Below are positions 53,495 through 63,330 of a stretch of DNA of 64,000 nt, piece by piece (the stretch's first letter is position 1; every line of letters begins with the position of its first letter). Below the pieces are notes generated by a model. The model worked only from the letters and a program-made list of their open reading frames with translations, made no database searches and was not told where the DNA came from. The stretch comes from an uncultured delta proteobacterium. Lineage in GTDB: Bacteria; Myxococcota_A; Polyangia; Haliangiales; Haliangiaceae. The DNA is taken from contig CAWKDB010000010.1 of the NCBI GenBank assembly GCA_963848295.1, positions 544,001 to 608,000 of the forward strand, written 5' to 3'. The translations under genes and the position numbers were made by a program.

Positions 53495-54556
53495 TTAGCG
53501 CGAGACCGGCGCCGGCGTCGCGGTCGGCCCGGTCGGCACCGTCGCTGAGGGCGCCGAGGTCGGTGCCGCTGGTTTGATCGGCGAGCCGTTCGCGTCGAGG
53601 TTGATGTATCGCTTGCCCTGTTCGTTAGCGAGCTCCTGGTTGTCGCGATCCAGCCAGGCCTGCGCGTTCGCGATCTCGCTGTCGTACGATGCCTGTTCGC
53701 GTGGGTCGATCGTGTGACCGGCGGCGAGCTCGGCCTTCTGGGCGTTTGCTTCGTCTGCGCGCTCAGACGTGATCGCCTGCTGCTCGTTCGCGATTTCCGC
53801 GGCAGTGCCGCCGCGATCCATCACGCCGGTCTCGAGATGAAACATCGCCGCCTTCACGGTCAACGCGATCGACTGGCCGGATGCGAGCCATAGCTTGAAC
53901 GTCGTGCCTGTCAGCGCCTTCACGCTCGACACACCGCTGAGCGCGAGTTGCAGCACGCCATCGACGATCTGGTAAGAGACCGCTCCGCCAACGCCGCTGA
54001 TCGCCGTCACGTTGGTGATCTGCGCGATGTCGGCGGGAAGCAGCTGGCCCGCATGGATCGCCGACAGCGGAATCGACGGGCTGATCGTCAGCTGCTGCTC
54101 CATGTTGGCAACCGAGGTCACCGCCGCCTCGACGCTGGGGAGATCGACCTCGGCCTTGGCTGTCGCACTCGCGGTGATCACCGGACCGAGGCTGCCTCCA
54201 TCGACCACCGTGCCGTCGCCGATCGTCGGGGGCAACGCCGAGCCGTCCGGCTCGAAGGTGATCGGCGCGCTCGCCGTCCCTCCTTGGGCGGCGACGATCA
54301 CCTGCTGCACAAAGCTGTTGCCGACCGTCGATTGCAACAGCGCCATCATCGGCGCGCGCTCGTTCGGATAGTAACGAAGCTGCGCGGCCACCCACAGCGG
54401 ATCAGGGTTCGGCTGCTTCAGGTACAGGCCGAGGCGCTGGGTCCCGGGCCCTTGCTGTGGCCCGAGTTGAGGTGACGCCGGCGCAGGCTGGGGCGCAGAT
54501 ACGACAGTTGGCGTCACGGCTAACTGGTGCTGCTCGCCCGGCGCTTGGTCAGCCAT
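53495..54556 (-). CDS. Hypothetical protein with an LQxTxGN motif, possible eCIS cargo
   Basis: Disordered P/Q-rich N-terminus, MALLQSTVGNSFVQQV, coiled C-terminus. Confidence 0.55.
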   Translation of the reverse strand: MADQAPGEQHQLAVTPTVVSAPQPAPASPQLGPQQGPGTQRLGLYLKQPNPDPLWVAAQLRYYPNERAPMMALLQSTVGNSFVQQVIVAAQGGTASAPITFEPDGSALPPTIGDGTVVDGGSLGPVITASATAKAEVDLPSVEAAVTSVANMEQQLTISPSIPLSAIHAGQLLPADIAQITNVTAISGVGGAVSYQIVDGVLQLALSGVSSVKALTGTTFKLWLASGQSIALTVKAAMFHLETGVMDRGGTAAEIANEQQAITSERADEANAQKAELAAGHTIDPREQASYDSEIANAQAWLDRDNQELANEQGKRYINLDANGSPIKPAAPTSAPSATVPTGPTATPAPVSR

Positions 54557-54827
54557 CCCACAAGGTTATCACGCGCGTGATCGCGATCGAAGTCGCTTTC
54601 GCGTCGCGATGCTCGTGATCGATCTGGCTTCGCTTCGCGAGGGCGTCACCAAAGGACGGGCTCTTCGAAGCGCTATTAAGCGACTTCGAGCGCTTGCGTC
54701 GATTCACACCGGCGGACGTGAAGAGCGGAACAACCTGGATCAGTGACCGTCCCGCGGACGAAAACATGATCCCCATCAGCGACCAAAGATCCGAACGACC
54801 AGCTGTGGGAGCTCGCGCAACCGTAGC

Positions 54828-55370
54828 TCATTGCACAGTCGCGACGAACGATGCGGTGAAGCTCGTCGCCGCTGCCCCCTGCGACTCGTCGTAGATCGTG
54901 CCGGAGATCATCGCCGACACGCTTGTCTGCGAGGCGGCGGTAACGTCGATCGTGCATGACGGGCTCGCCTCGTTCGTGTAGTACGTATCGCCGTCGAGCC
55001 AGTGAATCAGCACGCTGGTCTCGTCGAAAGGGTTGTCGGTCTGCGAGTTCGCGCACGGGTACGAGCCGGTCTGGAGCACGCCGCCGTCGGCGACGATGCT
55101 CACCGTCAAGCTCGGCGTCGAGCTCCCGTCGCTCATCGCCTGGAAGTAGCCGGCGTAAACCTGGTTCTGGGTGACGGCGGCGATCGTCACGGCAGCCGAC
55201 GACGTGTACGCCTGACCGATGTCGATCGCGAACCCGCCGGTATTCGCCGGCGCGTCTCCGGTTGGCGAGGCGCTATCGAGGTGGTGGATGGTCGAGCCGT
55301 CCGGCGGAAGCGACGACGACGACGAGCTGCAGGCCGCGAAGGTCAGACACGCAATGGCAAGGGCTTTCAT
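54828..55370 (-). CDS. Lipoprotein of unknown function
   Basis: Lipobox FAACS followed by a Ser linker. Confidence 0.7.
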   Translation of the reverse strand: MKALAIACLTFAACSSSSSSLPPDGSTIHHLDSASPTGDAPANTGGFAIDIGQAYTSSAAVTIAAVTQNQVYAGYFQAMSDGSSTPSLTVSIVADGGVLQTGSYPCANSQTDNPFDETSVLIHWLDGDTYYTNEASPSCTIDVTAASQTSVSAMISGTIYDESQGAAATSFTASFVATVQ

Positions 55371-55413
55371 GCTCCATGGAGGGAGAACGCCCCGGGGGGT
55401 GTGCAGGAAATCG

Positions 55414-56109
55414 TCAGGGTCGGGGCCGGAACGCGCTGGCGAGCGAGAGATCGATCCCCGCGAGCGAGCGCAGGATGCTGTCCGCGGTCGCCGGTCCAAC
55501 CGCCAGCTCGGTCCGTAGCGCCTTGCGGACCGAGCGCGCCACCGCCTCGCGCGCCTCCTCGATCCATCGCAGCACGGTCGTGCGGTGGACCTTCCACAGC
55601 GCGGCGATCTCATGATGCGGCAGGCCCTCGACGACTTCGAGTCGTAGCGCTTCGCGGGGCTTGTCGGCGAGCTCGGCGACCGCGGCCCGCACGAGCTCGC
55701 GAATCCGCGGACCGTGCGCCTGGACGACCACGTTCGCCTCGAGCGCCCCCGCGATCCCCTCGATATCGCGCGAGCTGGCCATCCTCGTCGCGCGCGGGCC
55801 GAGCAGCGCTCGCGCCTGGCGTAACGCGGTCACACGTAACCAGCCGGTCAGCGATCCGGTGCCGCGATACGTCGCGAGCTTGGCATCGCGCTCGGGGGTC
55901 GCCACCAACAGGCGATAGCGCAAGAGTTGCAGCGCATCGTCGACGAGCGCGGCATCGTAGCCGGCGCGGCGAAGCGCAGCGGTCACTGGCGCGAAGTGTT
56001 CGCGTTCGAGCACCGCGAGCGCCGCCGGATCGCCCGCGACACAGGCCGCGGCGAGCGCGAGATCGGTGCGATGTTCGACGCGGTCGTCGGCGGAGCTGTC
56101 GGTCGACAT
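55414..56109 (-). CDS. ECF sigma factor, myxobacterial type
   Basis: DLALAAACVAGDPAAL, YRGTGSLTGWLRV, region-4 HTH EIAALWKVHRTTVLRW. Confidence 0.85.
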   Translation of the reverse strand: MSTDSSADDRVEHRTDLALAAACVAGDPAALAVLEREHFAPVTAALRRAGYDAALVDDALQLLRYRLLVATPERDAKLATYRGTGSLTGWLRVTALRQARALLGPRATRMASSRDIEGIAGALEANVVVQAHGPRIRELVRAAVAELADKPREALRLEVVEGLPHHEIAALWKVHRTTVLRWIEEAREAVARSVRKALRTELAVGPATADSILRSLAGIDLSLASAFRPRP

Positions 56110-56144
56110 TGCGGCGCGCGATCGCGAGCCTACAATAGCGCTAC

Positions 56145-58685
56145 TTGGCATGTATTAGCGATAACGAGCTCGCCGCGCTCGTCGAAGGCCGCGTCGATGC
56201 GGTGCGCCGCGCCGAGCTGCTCGGCGAGCTCGCGAGCTGCGAGTCGTGCCGCTCGTTGTTTCACCTGTGCTTGGTGACGACCGCGGGGGGTATCCGCGGC
56301 TCGGCCGAGCTTCCGGCGGAGATCGCCGGCTATCGGCTCGGTAACGTGCTCGGCGCGGGTGGCGGCGGCGTGGTGGTGCGCGCGCGCGATCCTGTCCTCG
56401 AGCGCGATGTCGCGCTCAAGCTCGTACGCACGGCAGGGGATGGCGATCCAGCCGCACATGCGTTGCGCGAAGCGCGAACCCTCGCCACAGTGCGCCACCC
56501 CGCGGTCGTGCAGGTCTACGCGACGGGCGCGAACGGCAACATCGGCTTCGTCGCGATGGAGCTCGTCGACGGTGCGAGCCTCGCGGCCCGACTCGCCCGC
56601 GGTCCGCTCGCCTGGCGTGACGCGGTCGTGCGATTCGCGGACGTGGCGACTGGGCTCGCCGCGATTCACGCCGCGGGCCTGGTTCACCGCGATCTCAAGC
56701 CGGGCAACCTGCTGGTCGATGGCGACCGGCTGCGGATCGCGGACTTCGGACTGGCCGCCCGCGATCCAGGTAGCGCGCTCGCAGGCACCCTGCCCTATCT
56801 CGCTCCGGAGCTGCTCGCAGGGGCCACTTCCAACGTCCGCAGCGACATCTATGCGCTGTTCGCGTCGCTGTTCGAGGCGCTGACCGGCGACCGGCCGTAC
56901 CGCGAGCTCGATCACCGCGCGCTCCGCGCCGCCGCAGAGTACGGACGGCCGAGCTGGCCAGCCTCGGTCCCGAGCGCGGTGCGTCGCGCCGTCGAGCGCG
57001 GGCTCGCTCCGGATCCGGCGGCGCGCTATCCCGATGCGAATGCGGCGGCGCACGCCCTGCGTGAGCTGCCGGGCACGCGTCGCCGGCGAACGCTCGCGCT
57101 GATCGGCGTGGCGGGCGTCGCGCTCGCCGGCGGCGTGGCGCTATATTCGTACCTGGCACCGCGTCGGGAGCCGACCCCGATCGGTTCGGTCGACGATCGC
57201 CGACGCCTCGAGAGCGCGCGCTCGCTCCTGCGCAGCCGCCGCGACGACGAGGCGATCCGCGCGGTCGACGCGGTCACCACCGACTCGCCGCTGTTCGGCG
57301 ACGCCGAGCTGATCCGAGGGGAAGCGGCGCTCGATCGCGAGAACGACGTCAAGGCGGCCACCGCGTTTCGCCATGTGGCCGAGCTCGCGCCCTCGCAAGA
57401 CCGCGACGATCTCGCGGTCGCGGCGAACCAGGGCCTCGCAGTGGCGATCGGCGTCGTGCGCCGCGAGACCGCCGCCGGCGAGGCTTATGCAACGGCGGCG
57501 CTCACGATGGCGACCAAGCGCGGCGACGCGATCGCCGCTGGCATCGCGCGGCGTACGCTCGGCTGGATCGCCTGGCTCGCCGGCGACGCGGATCGCGCGA
57601 ACGCCGAGCTCGAGGCCGCGCTCGGGATGCTCGTCTCGGCGCATGCTCCGCTCGAGGTTGCGACCGCCGAGGTGCAGCTCGCCAGGATCGCGCGCGCGAA
57701 GGGCGACTACACGGCCGCGACGCGCCACCTCGATCGTGCGGCGGCGCTGCGAACCCGCGAGCTCGGCGTCGCCGACCCGAGCGTGCTCGATCTCGATCTC
57801 GATCGCGCGGCGATCGCGACGGCCGAGGGCAACCCGACGCACGCGATCGAGCTTATTCGCGGCGAGCTCGCGAGGGTCGAGGCGACCTCGGGCGAACGAT
57901 CGCCCGTGCTGGTCGCGCCACTCGAAGCGCTCGCGTCAGCGCTCGCGACCAGCGGGAACTACACGGCAGCGGGTGAGGCGAGTGAACGTGCGCTCGCGAT
58001 CGATCGCGGGGCCCACGGCGAGGTCGATCGCGCGGTCGGGACCGACTACGCGAACCTCGCCGGGATCCGGGTGATCCAGGGAAAGCTCGACGAGGCGATC
58101 GAGCTCTACCGCGCGGGCCTCGCCGCTGACCGGTCCGCGCTCGGCGACGACCATCCCGTCCTCGCGCCGATCTACGCAGGTCTCGCGGTCGCGCTCGGGA
58201 CCGCCGAACGCTACGGCGATGCCGACGTTGCGATCGGCCATGCGATCGCGATCTGGCGCGCGCACCCCGGTCATGACGACGAGCTCGCGCAGGCGCTCGC
58301 CAAGCGCGCGATCATGGAGCTCGGCCTGTCGCGCACCGACGATGCGCGCCGCGACGCGGAGTCGGCGACGGCGATGCTCACGCGCGCGCACGGCCCCGAT
58401 CATTTTTCGCTGTTGCCCGCGCTGTCGGCGCTCGGTCAGGCCGAGCTCGCGGCCGGCCACCTCGACGCCGCCCGCGCCGCGCTCGAGCGTGTGCTCGCGA
58501 TCCGCAAGCGCGCCAACAGTGCGCCGCGTTCGACCGTCGAGACCCGCGCGAAGCTCGCGGAGGTGATGTGGCAGCAGGGCGAGCACGATGCCGCGCTCGC
58601 GCTCGCCCGACAAGCGCTCGCCGACCTCGGCGCGCCCGAGAGCCGGCTCGGAAAAAAGCTCGCCGCGTGGCTTGCCGCGCCGTGA
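56145..58685 (+). CDS. Ser/Thr kinase with N-terminal zinc-finger-like region, TM segment and TPR repeats
   Basis: C...CESC at the N-terminus, GAGGGG, HRDLKPGN, DFG, GTLPYLAPE, TPR-like repeats. Confidence 0.88.
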   Translation: MACISDNELAALVEGRVDAVRRAELLGELASCESCRSLFHLCLVTTAGGIRGSAELPAEIAGYRLGNVLGAGGGGVVVRARDPVLERDVALKLVRTAGDGDPAAHALREARTLATVRHPAVVQVYATGANGNIGFVAMELVDGASLAARLARGPLAWRDAVVRFADVATGLAAIHAAGLVHRDLKPGNLLVDGDRLRIADFGLAARDPGSALAGTLPYLAPELLAGATSNVRSDIYALFASLFEALTGDRPYRELDHRALRAAAEYGRPSWPASVPSAVRRAVERGLAPDPAARYPDANAAAHALRELPGTRRRRTLALIGVAGVALAGGVALYSYLAPRREPTPIGSVDDRRRLESARSLLRSRRDDEAIRAVDAVTTDSPLFGDAELIRGEAALDRENDVKAATAFRHVAELAPSQDRDDLAVAANQGLAVAIGVVRRETAAGEAYATAALTMATKRGDAIAAGIARRTLGWIAWLAGDADRANAELEAALGMLVSAHAPLEVATAEVQLARIARAKGDYTAATRHLDRAAALRTRELGVADPSVLDLDLDRAAIATAEGNPTHAIELIRGELARVEATSGERSPVLVAPLEALASALATSGNYTAAGEASERALAIDRGAHGEVDRAVGTDYANLAGIRVIQGKLDEAIELYRAGLAADRSALGDDHPVLAPIYAGLAVALGTAERYGDADVAIGHAIAIWRAHPGHDDELAQALAKRAIMELGLSRTDDARRDAESATAMLTRAHGPDHFSLLPALSALGQAELAAGHLDAARAALERVLAIRKRANSAPRSTVETRAKLAEVMWQQGEHDAALALARQALADLGAPESRLGKKLAAWLAAP

Positions 58686-58895
58686 CTAAGATCGAACCGC
58701 GAGCTTCTTCTCGGGCCGGCCGCCCGCGATGCCGGCGAAGAAGTCGTTGCCCTTGTCATCGACCACGATGAACGCCGGGAAATCGACGACGTCGATCTTC
58801 CACACCGCCTCCATGCCGAGCTCGGAGTATTCGTGCACCGACACGCTCTTGATGCAGTCTTGCGCGCGCCGCGCCGCCGGACCGCCGATCGAGCC
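58686..58895 (-). pseudogene. 3' fragment of a class I fumarate hydratase
   Basis: GSIGGPAA...CIK...[29 protein letters not shown]. Upstream sequence is unrelated. Confidence 0.85.
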
Positions 58896-59466
58896 GGCGC
58901 ACAACTCATGCTCGCCGTCTCCATTTGCGTGATCCCGGATGTCGCGTTGGTTCAACGTGTCGCCGTTCCGCCCCCCGAAACCTGCGCCGGTACCGGCGCA
59001 GGATCGTCGTGTCGTGGTCGCGGATCTGCTCTCCCGGGGCTCGACGATCCCCGACTGCGGCAGTTCCCAATTCGAGACCACGATGGTGTTCAGCGACATC
59101 GCCGCCGACAGCGCGACGTTGCGCGTCCTGGTTCCGTGCGCCGAGATGCCGCGGCCGATGTTCTCGCCGACCGCCGGCAACGCGCCAAGGCTCCGAGAGC
59201 AGACCCGCTATCGGCTAGAGCTGTCCGGACCAGTTGCCGGCGATCTTGCTGGCAAGAACGACTCGCTGTGGCGCGCCGACCGAATCGATCTCGTGCACTA
59301 GCCGATCCCGCGGCATCCCGCCATCGCCGAGCTGTCGTCGAAGACCGCGCGGGGTGCGCACTCGCGAAGCTTGTCGACCACGATCGCGAGGTTTCTGTTC
59401 GCGATCGGCGTGAGCGCGGCACCGAGCCACATCTCGACGCCCCAAAGATTCCCGGTTTCAGCGAAC

Positions 59467-60033
59467 CTAGGGTTCGTCGAAAGTGAAGTCGTCGAGGCCG
59501 ATGCCCGCGACGTCGGTCACCGCGAGGTCGACCTTAGTGACATCGCTGAAGCTCGAAAGATCGGCCGCGATCGTGCGATCCTGATCGACGGTTCCGGACA
59601 GCGTGACCGTGTCCGTTTGACCACCGCCGTGAGTAATGGTCATCTCGGCTGCGGGACTATGGTCGACGCCGACCGCGAGGAAATGGAGCGCATTGACCTC
59701 ATGTGTAAAGGCGATGTGGAAGTCGTGCAGGTAGACGCCCGCGCAGCCGGCACCGTTCGTGTCGACCGGGCCGAGATAGTTCGATCCTGTGCTGACGCTG
59801 ACGTTGCTCGTCGCGAGAACCGCGCCGTCTGGTCCGCTGAAAGACGCATGGTTCGCGTACTGCGTTGTGACGGGGGCGCACGTCGCGAGGTCGTCGAAGT
59901 TGATGACGACGTGTGTGGCAGTGGTGGTATCCAGTCGATTCGCGCCACCGTCGCGCTCACCCGAGCCAGAGTCGTTGCCGCACCCGATGAGCAGCGTGAG
60001 AACCGAGCCATACATTAGGATCCGGCGTCGCAT
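59467..60033 (-). CDS. Lipoprotein with a small beta-sandwich domain
   Basis: Lipobox LIGCG, INFDDL...GIGLDDFTF. Confidence 0.65.
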   Translation of the reverse strand: MRRRILMYGSVLTLLIGCGNDSGSGERDGGANRLDTTTATHVVINFDDLATCAPVTTQYANHASFSGPDGAVLATSNVSVSTGSNYLGPVDTNGAGCAGVYLHDFHIAFTHEVNALHFLAVGVDHSPAAEMTITHGGGQTDTVTLSGTVDQDRTIAADLSSFSDVTKVDLAVTDVAGIGLDDFTFDEP

Positions 60034-60766
60034 CCCGTTGTTATCTCAGAGGGCCGTATCGTGCTGTGCACCCTCGCGGGACGTCGCACAATGGCGTTCC
60101 GACGGCGAGATGTAACACCTCGGCGAACCCGTCCCGACGGGCGTCGAGCAGCGTCTCGAGCGATCGATGACGTACGAGGTGGGCAACGGGTGGTTCGCCC
60201 GCGCCTCGTAGTCGAGACAAGCGTCTATAGGCCAGCGATGCTCATGCCGACGCCCGCATCATCGACGAAGAGTAGTGCTTGCGAGCGCTGTTGCAGTCGG
60301 TCGCGGATGGCGGCGGCGGTGAGCGAGTACTGGCTGTAGGTCAGCAACCGAGCCGCGGGCGGCTCACTCGGCCCTCGGCACCTCGTCGGCGCGGATGAGC
60401 CCGTGCTTGCGCCATCGCGCATAGGCAAAACAAAGCGGGGTTCGTGGAAACGGCGGGTAGACACGTGGGCTTCATCCACTCCCGTGGACACGTCCCGAGA
60501 GGCGGATACTGTGCCCACCACGGAAACGAAGTTGGCTCGTGAGAAGCGAGCGAGTCGAACGTTCACCTGAAACCGTCCAGGAATTGGGGCGTCAAGGGTC
60601 ACGGCATTCGTCGCCGCCAATGCGCCGGGCGCCGCCTTGCATGCGCCACCGCGATCACGTCGACGTCGTCTCCGATGAACCCCTTCTCCCGCTCGACCTA
60701 GTCAGGCCTCTGCTTGTGAACGAACCGATGGTTGGCCGCAGAGCGCTCTGCTCCCGGCCTTAGCCG

Positions 60767-61132
60767 TCACCGCTGCTGGATCGCGGTGGCAACCGGGTCG
60801 ATGTTGAGCATCCCGTAGTTGAACGTGTGGACGGACCCGTCGTCGAGCGTGACCAGCACCCTCTTCGCGAGCAGGCTCTTCTTCACGTCGACCTTGCTGA
60901 TCCGCGCCTTCGGGATGATCAGGACCGGCGCCTCCGAGCCCCATTTGACGAACAGCGCCTCGTCGAGCAGGCCCTTGGCCGAGACGTCGAACTGCGCGTC
61001 GTAGAGCAGGCGCTGGTTCGTGATCATCAGCTTGCCGTTATACTTGCCGCCCTTGGGGGGTTCGTAGAGCACGGTCCAGGTGTCGATCTTGGTCTCGTTA
61101 GCGTCGAGCGGAATCTTCTCGAGAGCACCCAT
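60767..61132 (-). CDS. Small PH/GRAM-like domain protein
   Basis: GGAGGT RBS, NGKLMITNQRLLY, IPKARISKV. Confidence 0.65.
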   Translation of the reverse strand: MGALEKIPLDANETKIDTWTVLYEPPKGGKYNGKLMITNQRLLYDAQFDVSAKGLLDEALFVKWGSEAPVLIIPKARISKVDVKKSLLAKRVLVTLDDGSVHTFNYGMLNIDPVATAIQQR

Positions 61133-61341
61133 GCCTACCTCCGTGTGCATTGTGCAGCAGGACGTCGACCGCTGCGCTACCGGCGTAACCAATTGTGGAA
61201 CGCATCGCGGCAACGCGAGCTGGTCAGCCCGAAGCGCCACCGCCGCCCGCCGCATCATCGGTTGGCGCAGTCGAACCGCGGAGGCGCGCCGCAGATGCCC
61301 CGCGGCCCACCGCGCCGCCCCCGAATAGCAACGCGGTCGGG

Positions 61342-62091
61342 TCAGGTCAGGCTCATCCCACCGTCGATCGCGAGGATGTTGCCCGTCATCCACGTGACGT
61401 CCGGCTCGGCGATCGACACGATCCAACGCGCGACCTCTTGGGTGCTCGCCATCCGCGCGAGTGGGACCTTCGCAATGAACGAGGCCTTGACCTGCGGCAC
61501 CATGTCCGCCGGAATCGGCAGCTTGTCGAAGCCCGGGGTGTCCGTCGGACCGGGGGCGACCGCGTTGACGCGGATACCTTTGGGTGCGAGCTCGAGCGCC
61601 CACGAGCGGGTCAGCGACTCGACGGCCGCCTTGGTCGCGCCGTAGTGCGAGCCGCCCGGAGACGGCTTGTGGCCCGCCGCGCTGCTGATGTTGACGATCG
61701 AGCCTTTGCTGGCTTCGAGTGCACGCAACGCAGCGCGCGTGACCAACGACAGCCCGACGACGTTGACGTCGAACTGCGCGCGGATCACGTCCTCGGTCAC
61801 GTCTGCGAGCGCTCCGAACTGGAACACCGCGGCGTTGTTCACGAGCACGTCGAGCCGTCCCGCCTCGCCGAGCATGCTCGCGATCGCAGCGTCGACTTGC
61901 TTGCCGTTCGTGACGTCGGCGAGCAGCCATCGCACATCCCGGTGCCTCGAGCGGGCCTGCTCGATCGCGTCGGAACGCCGCGCCATGCCGAACACCGTGG
62001 CGCCGCGCTGCGCGAACAGCTCCGCGGCGGTCTCGCCGATGCCGGAGGTCGCGCCAGTAACGAGGACGACTTTGCCTTCAAAGGTCTTCAT
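61342..62091 (-). CDS. Short-chain dehydrogenase/reductase
   Basis: TGATSGIG, NNAA, YGATK, VNAVAPG. Confidence 0.93.
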   Translation of the reverse strand: MKTFEGKVVLVTGATSGIGETAAELFAQRGATVFGMARRSDAIEQARSRHRDVRWLLADVTNGKQVDAAIASMLGEAGRLDVLVNNAAVFQFGALADVTEDVIRAQFDVNVVGLSLVTRAALRALEASKGSIVNISSAAGHKPSPGGSHYGATKAAVESLTRSWALELAPKGIRVNAVAPGPTDTPGFDKLPIPADMVPQVKASFIAKVPLARMASTQEVARWIVSIAEPDVTWMTGNILAIDGGMSLT

Positions 62092-62175
62092 GACGCGACC
62101 ATGCGGCCGGAGCGGGCGTTCGACTAGTCGTGCAATCCGTAGATGACTCTTGCATCTAGGTTAACAATCGGCCGC

Positions 62176-63048
62176 ATGGACCTCTTCGACAAGATGGCCA
62201 CCTACGTGCGCGTCGTGGAGGCAGGCAAGCTGGCCGCCGCGGCGAGGCAGCTACGGATCTCCTCGGCTGCCGTGAGCCGACAGATCGCTGCGCTCGAGCG
62301 CGAGCTCGGCGCCACGCTGCTGCTGCGATCGACCCGACGACTGGTCGTGACGCCGGTCGGCCGTGCGTATTTCGAGCGTTGTCAACGGATCCTGCGCGAG
62401 GTCGACGATGCCCAGGTCGTCGCGCGGGGTACCGCTCTCGATGGCGGGCTCGTGATCAACGCGCCGGTCAGCTTCGGACTCGCGTGGGTGGTACCGCGCG
62501 TTCGATCATTCGTGACGGCGCACCCGGAGATGCAGCTCGACCTTCGGATCGAGGATCGCATCGTCGATCTCGCACTCGAAGGCGTGGACCTGGCGATCCG
62601 AGTGGGTACGCCGCCGCCGCAGTCGACGGAAGTCGTCGCGCATCGACTCCACGAGTTCCGACGTATCGTGGTGGCGGCGCCGTCCTACCTCGTTCGCAGG
62701 GGCACGCCGACCACGGCGGAGGCGCTCGCCGATCACGACGCGATCAGCCATCCCGTAGACGCGCCACTGTGGCCGGGCACGCGGCACTCGCGCGCACGAA
62801 TCCGCGTGGCGTTTCGCAGTAACGCACTCCAGGCGATCTTGTCGCTCGCGATCGACGGCCTCGGCGTCGCGCTGCTCCCGGACTGGTTCGTCGCTCCGAG
62901 TCTGGCGAGCCGCGAGCTCGTCCGGCTGTTACCCACATGGCGCTCGGCGGCGCTCCACGTCCACGCGCTTCATCGCAGGAGCCTTCGCGGCGAGGCGCGA
63001 GTGCGCGCGCTCATCGCACACCTGCGGGATTCAACCGGTGCCGGTTGA
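62176..63048 (+). CDS. LysR-family transcriptional regulator
   Basis: AAARQLRISSAAVSRQIAALERELG, LLRSTRRL. Divergent from the SDR gene. Confidence 0.93.
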   Translation: MDLFDKMATYVRVVEAGKLAAAARQLRISSAAVSRQIAALERELGATLLLRSTRRLVVTPVGRAYFERCQRILREVDDAQVVARGTALDGGLVINAPVSFGLAWVVPRVRSFVTAHPEMQLDLRIEDRIVDLALEGVDLAIRVGTPPPQSTEVVAHRLHEFRRIVVAAPSYLVRRGTPTTAEALADHDAISHPVDAPLWPGTRHSRARIRVAFRSNALQAILSLAIDGLGVALLPDWFVAPSLASRELVRLLPTWRSAALHVHALHRRSLRGEARVRALIAHLRDSTGAG

Positions 63049-63330
63049 CAGCGGGACGAGGACGCCGCGAAGGCCCGGCGCCCCGAGCCGCACTTTGTCG
63101 CAGTGCGAGATCGTTTTCCCGAGATCACGGACGCCGACGCGATCAACCTCGACGAGCTCGAGTCGGTCATCGAAGGGAGGCTACCTCCCGGCCGGGTTGT
63201 CGAAAGAGATCGAGGCGGCGCGCTCCGCCGCGGCGAACATCATCGAGGAGACGCGCACGAAGCGGCACCAGCAGATGGTTCACGCGGCACTCGCGCGCCG
63301 AGATCGGCCGTCATTCGGCGGACGATTTCG

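Noticed and set aside
54557..54600. GTGATA upstream of 54556 as a sixth copy of the shared motif
   Set aside because: No GCAAC at the expected spacing, and the -10 match is imperfect.
58939..59301. 120-aa ORF inside the island
   Set aside because: No recognisable motif or start signal. Possibly a remnant.
63049..63330. Coding-like stretch between the LysR gene and the kinase
   Set aside because: Appears frameshifted and lacks a start. I cannot assign it.
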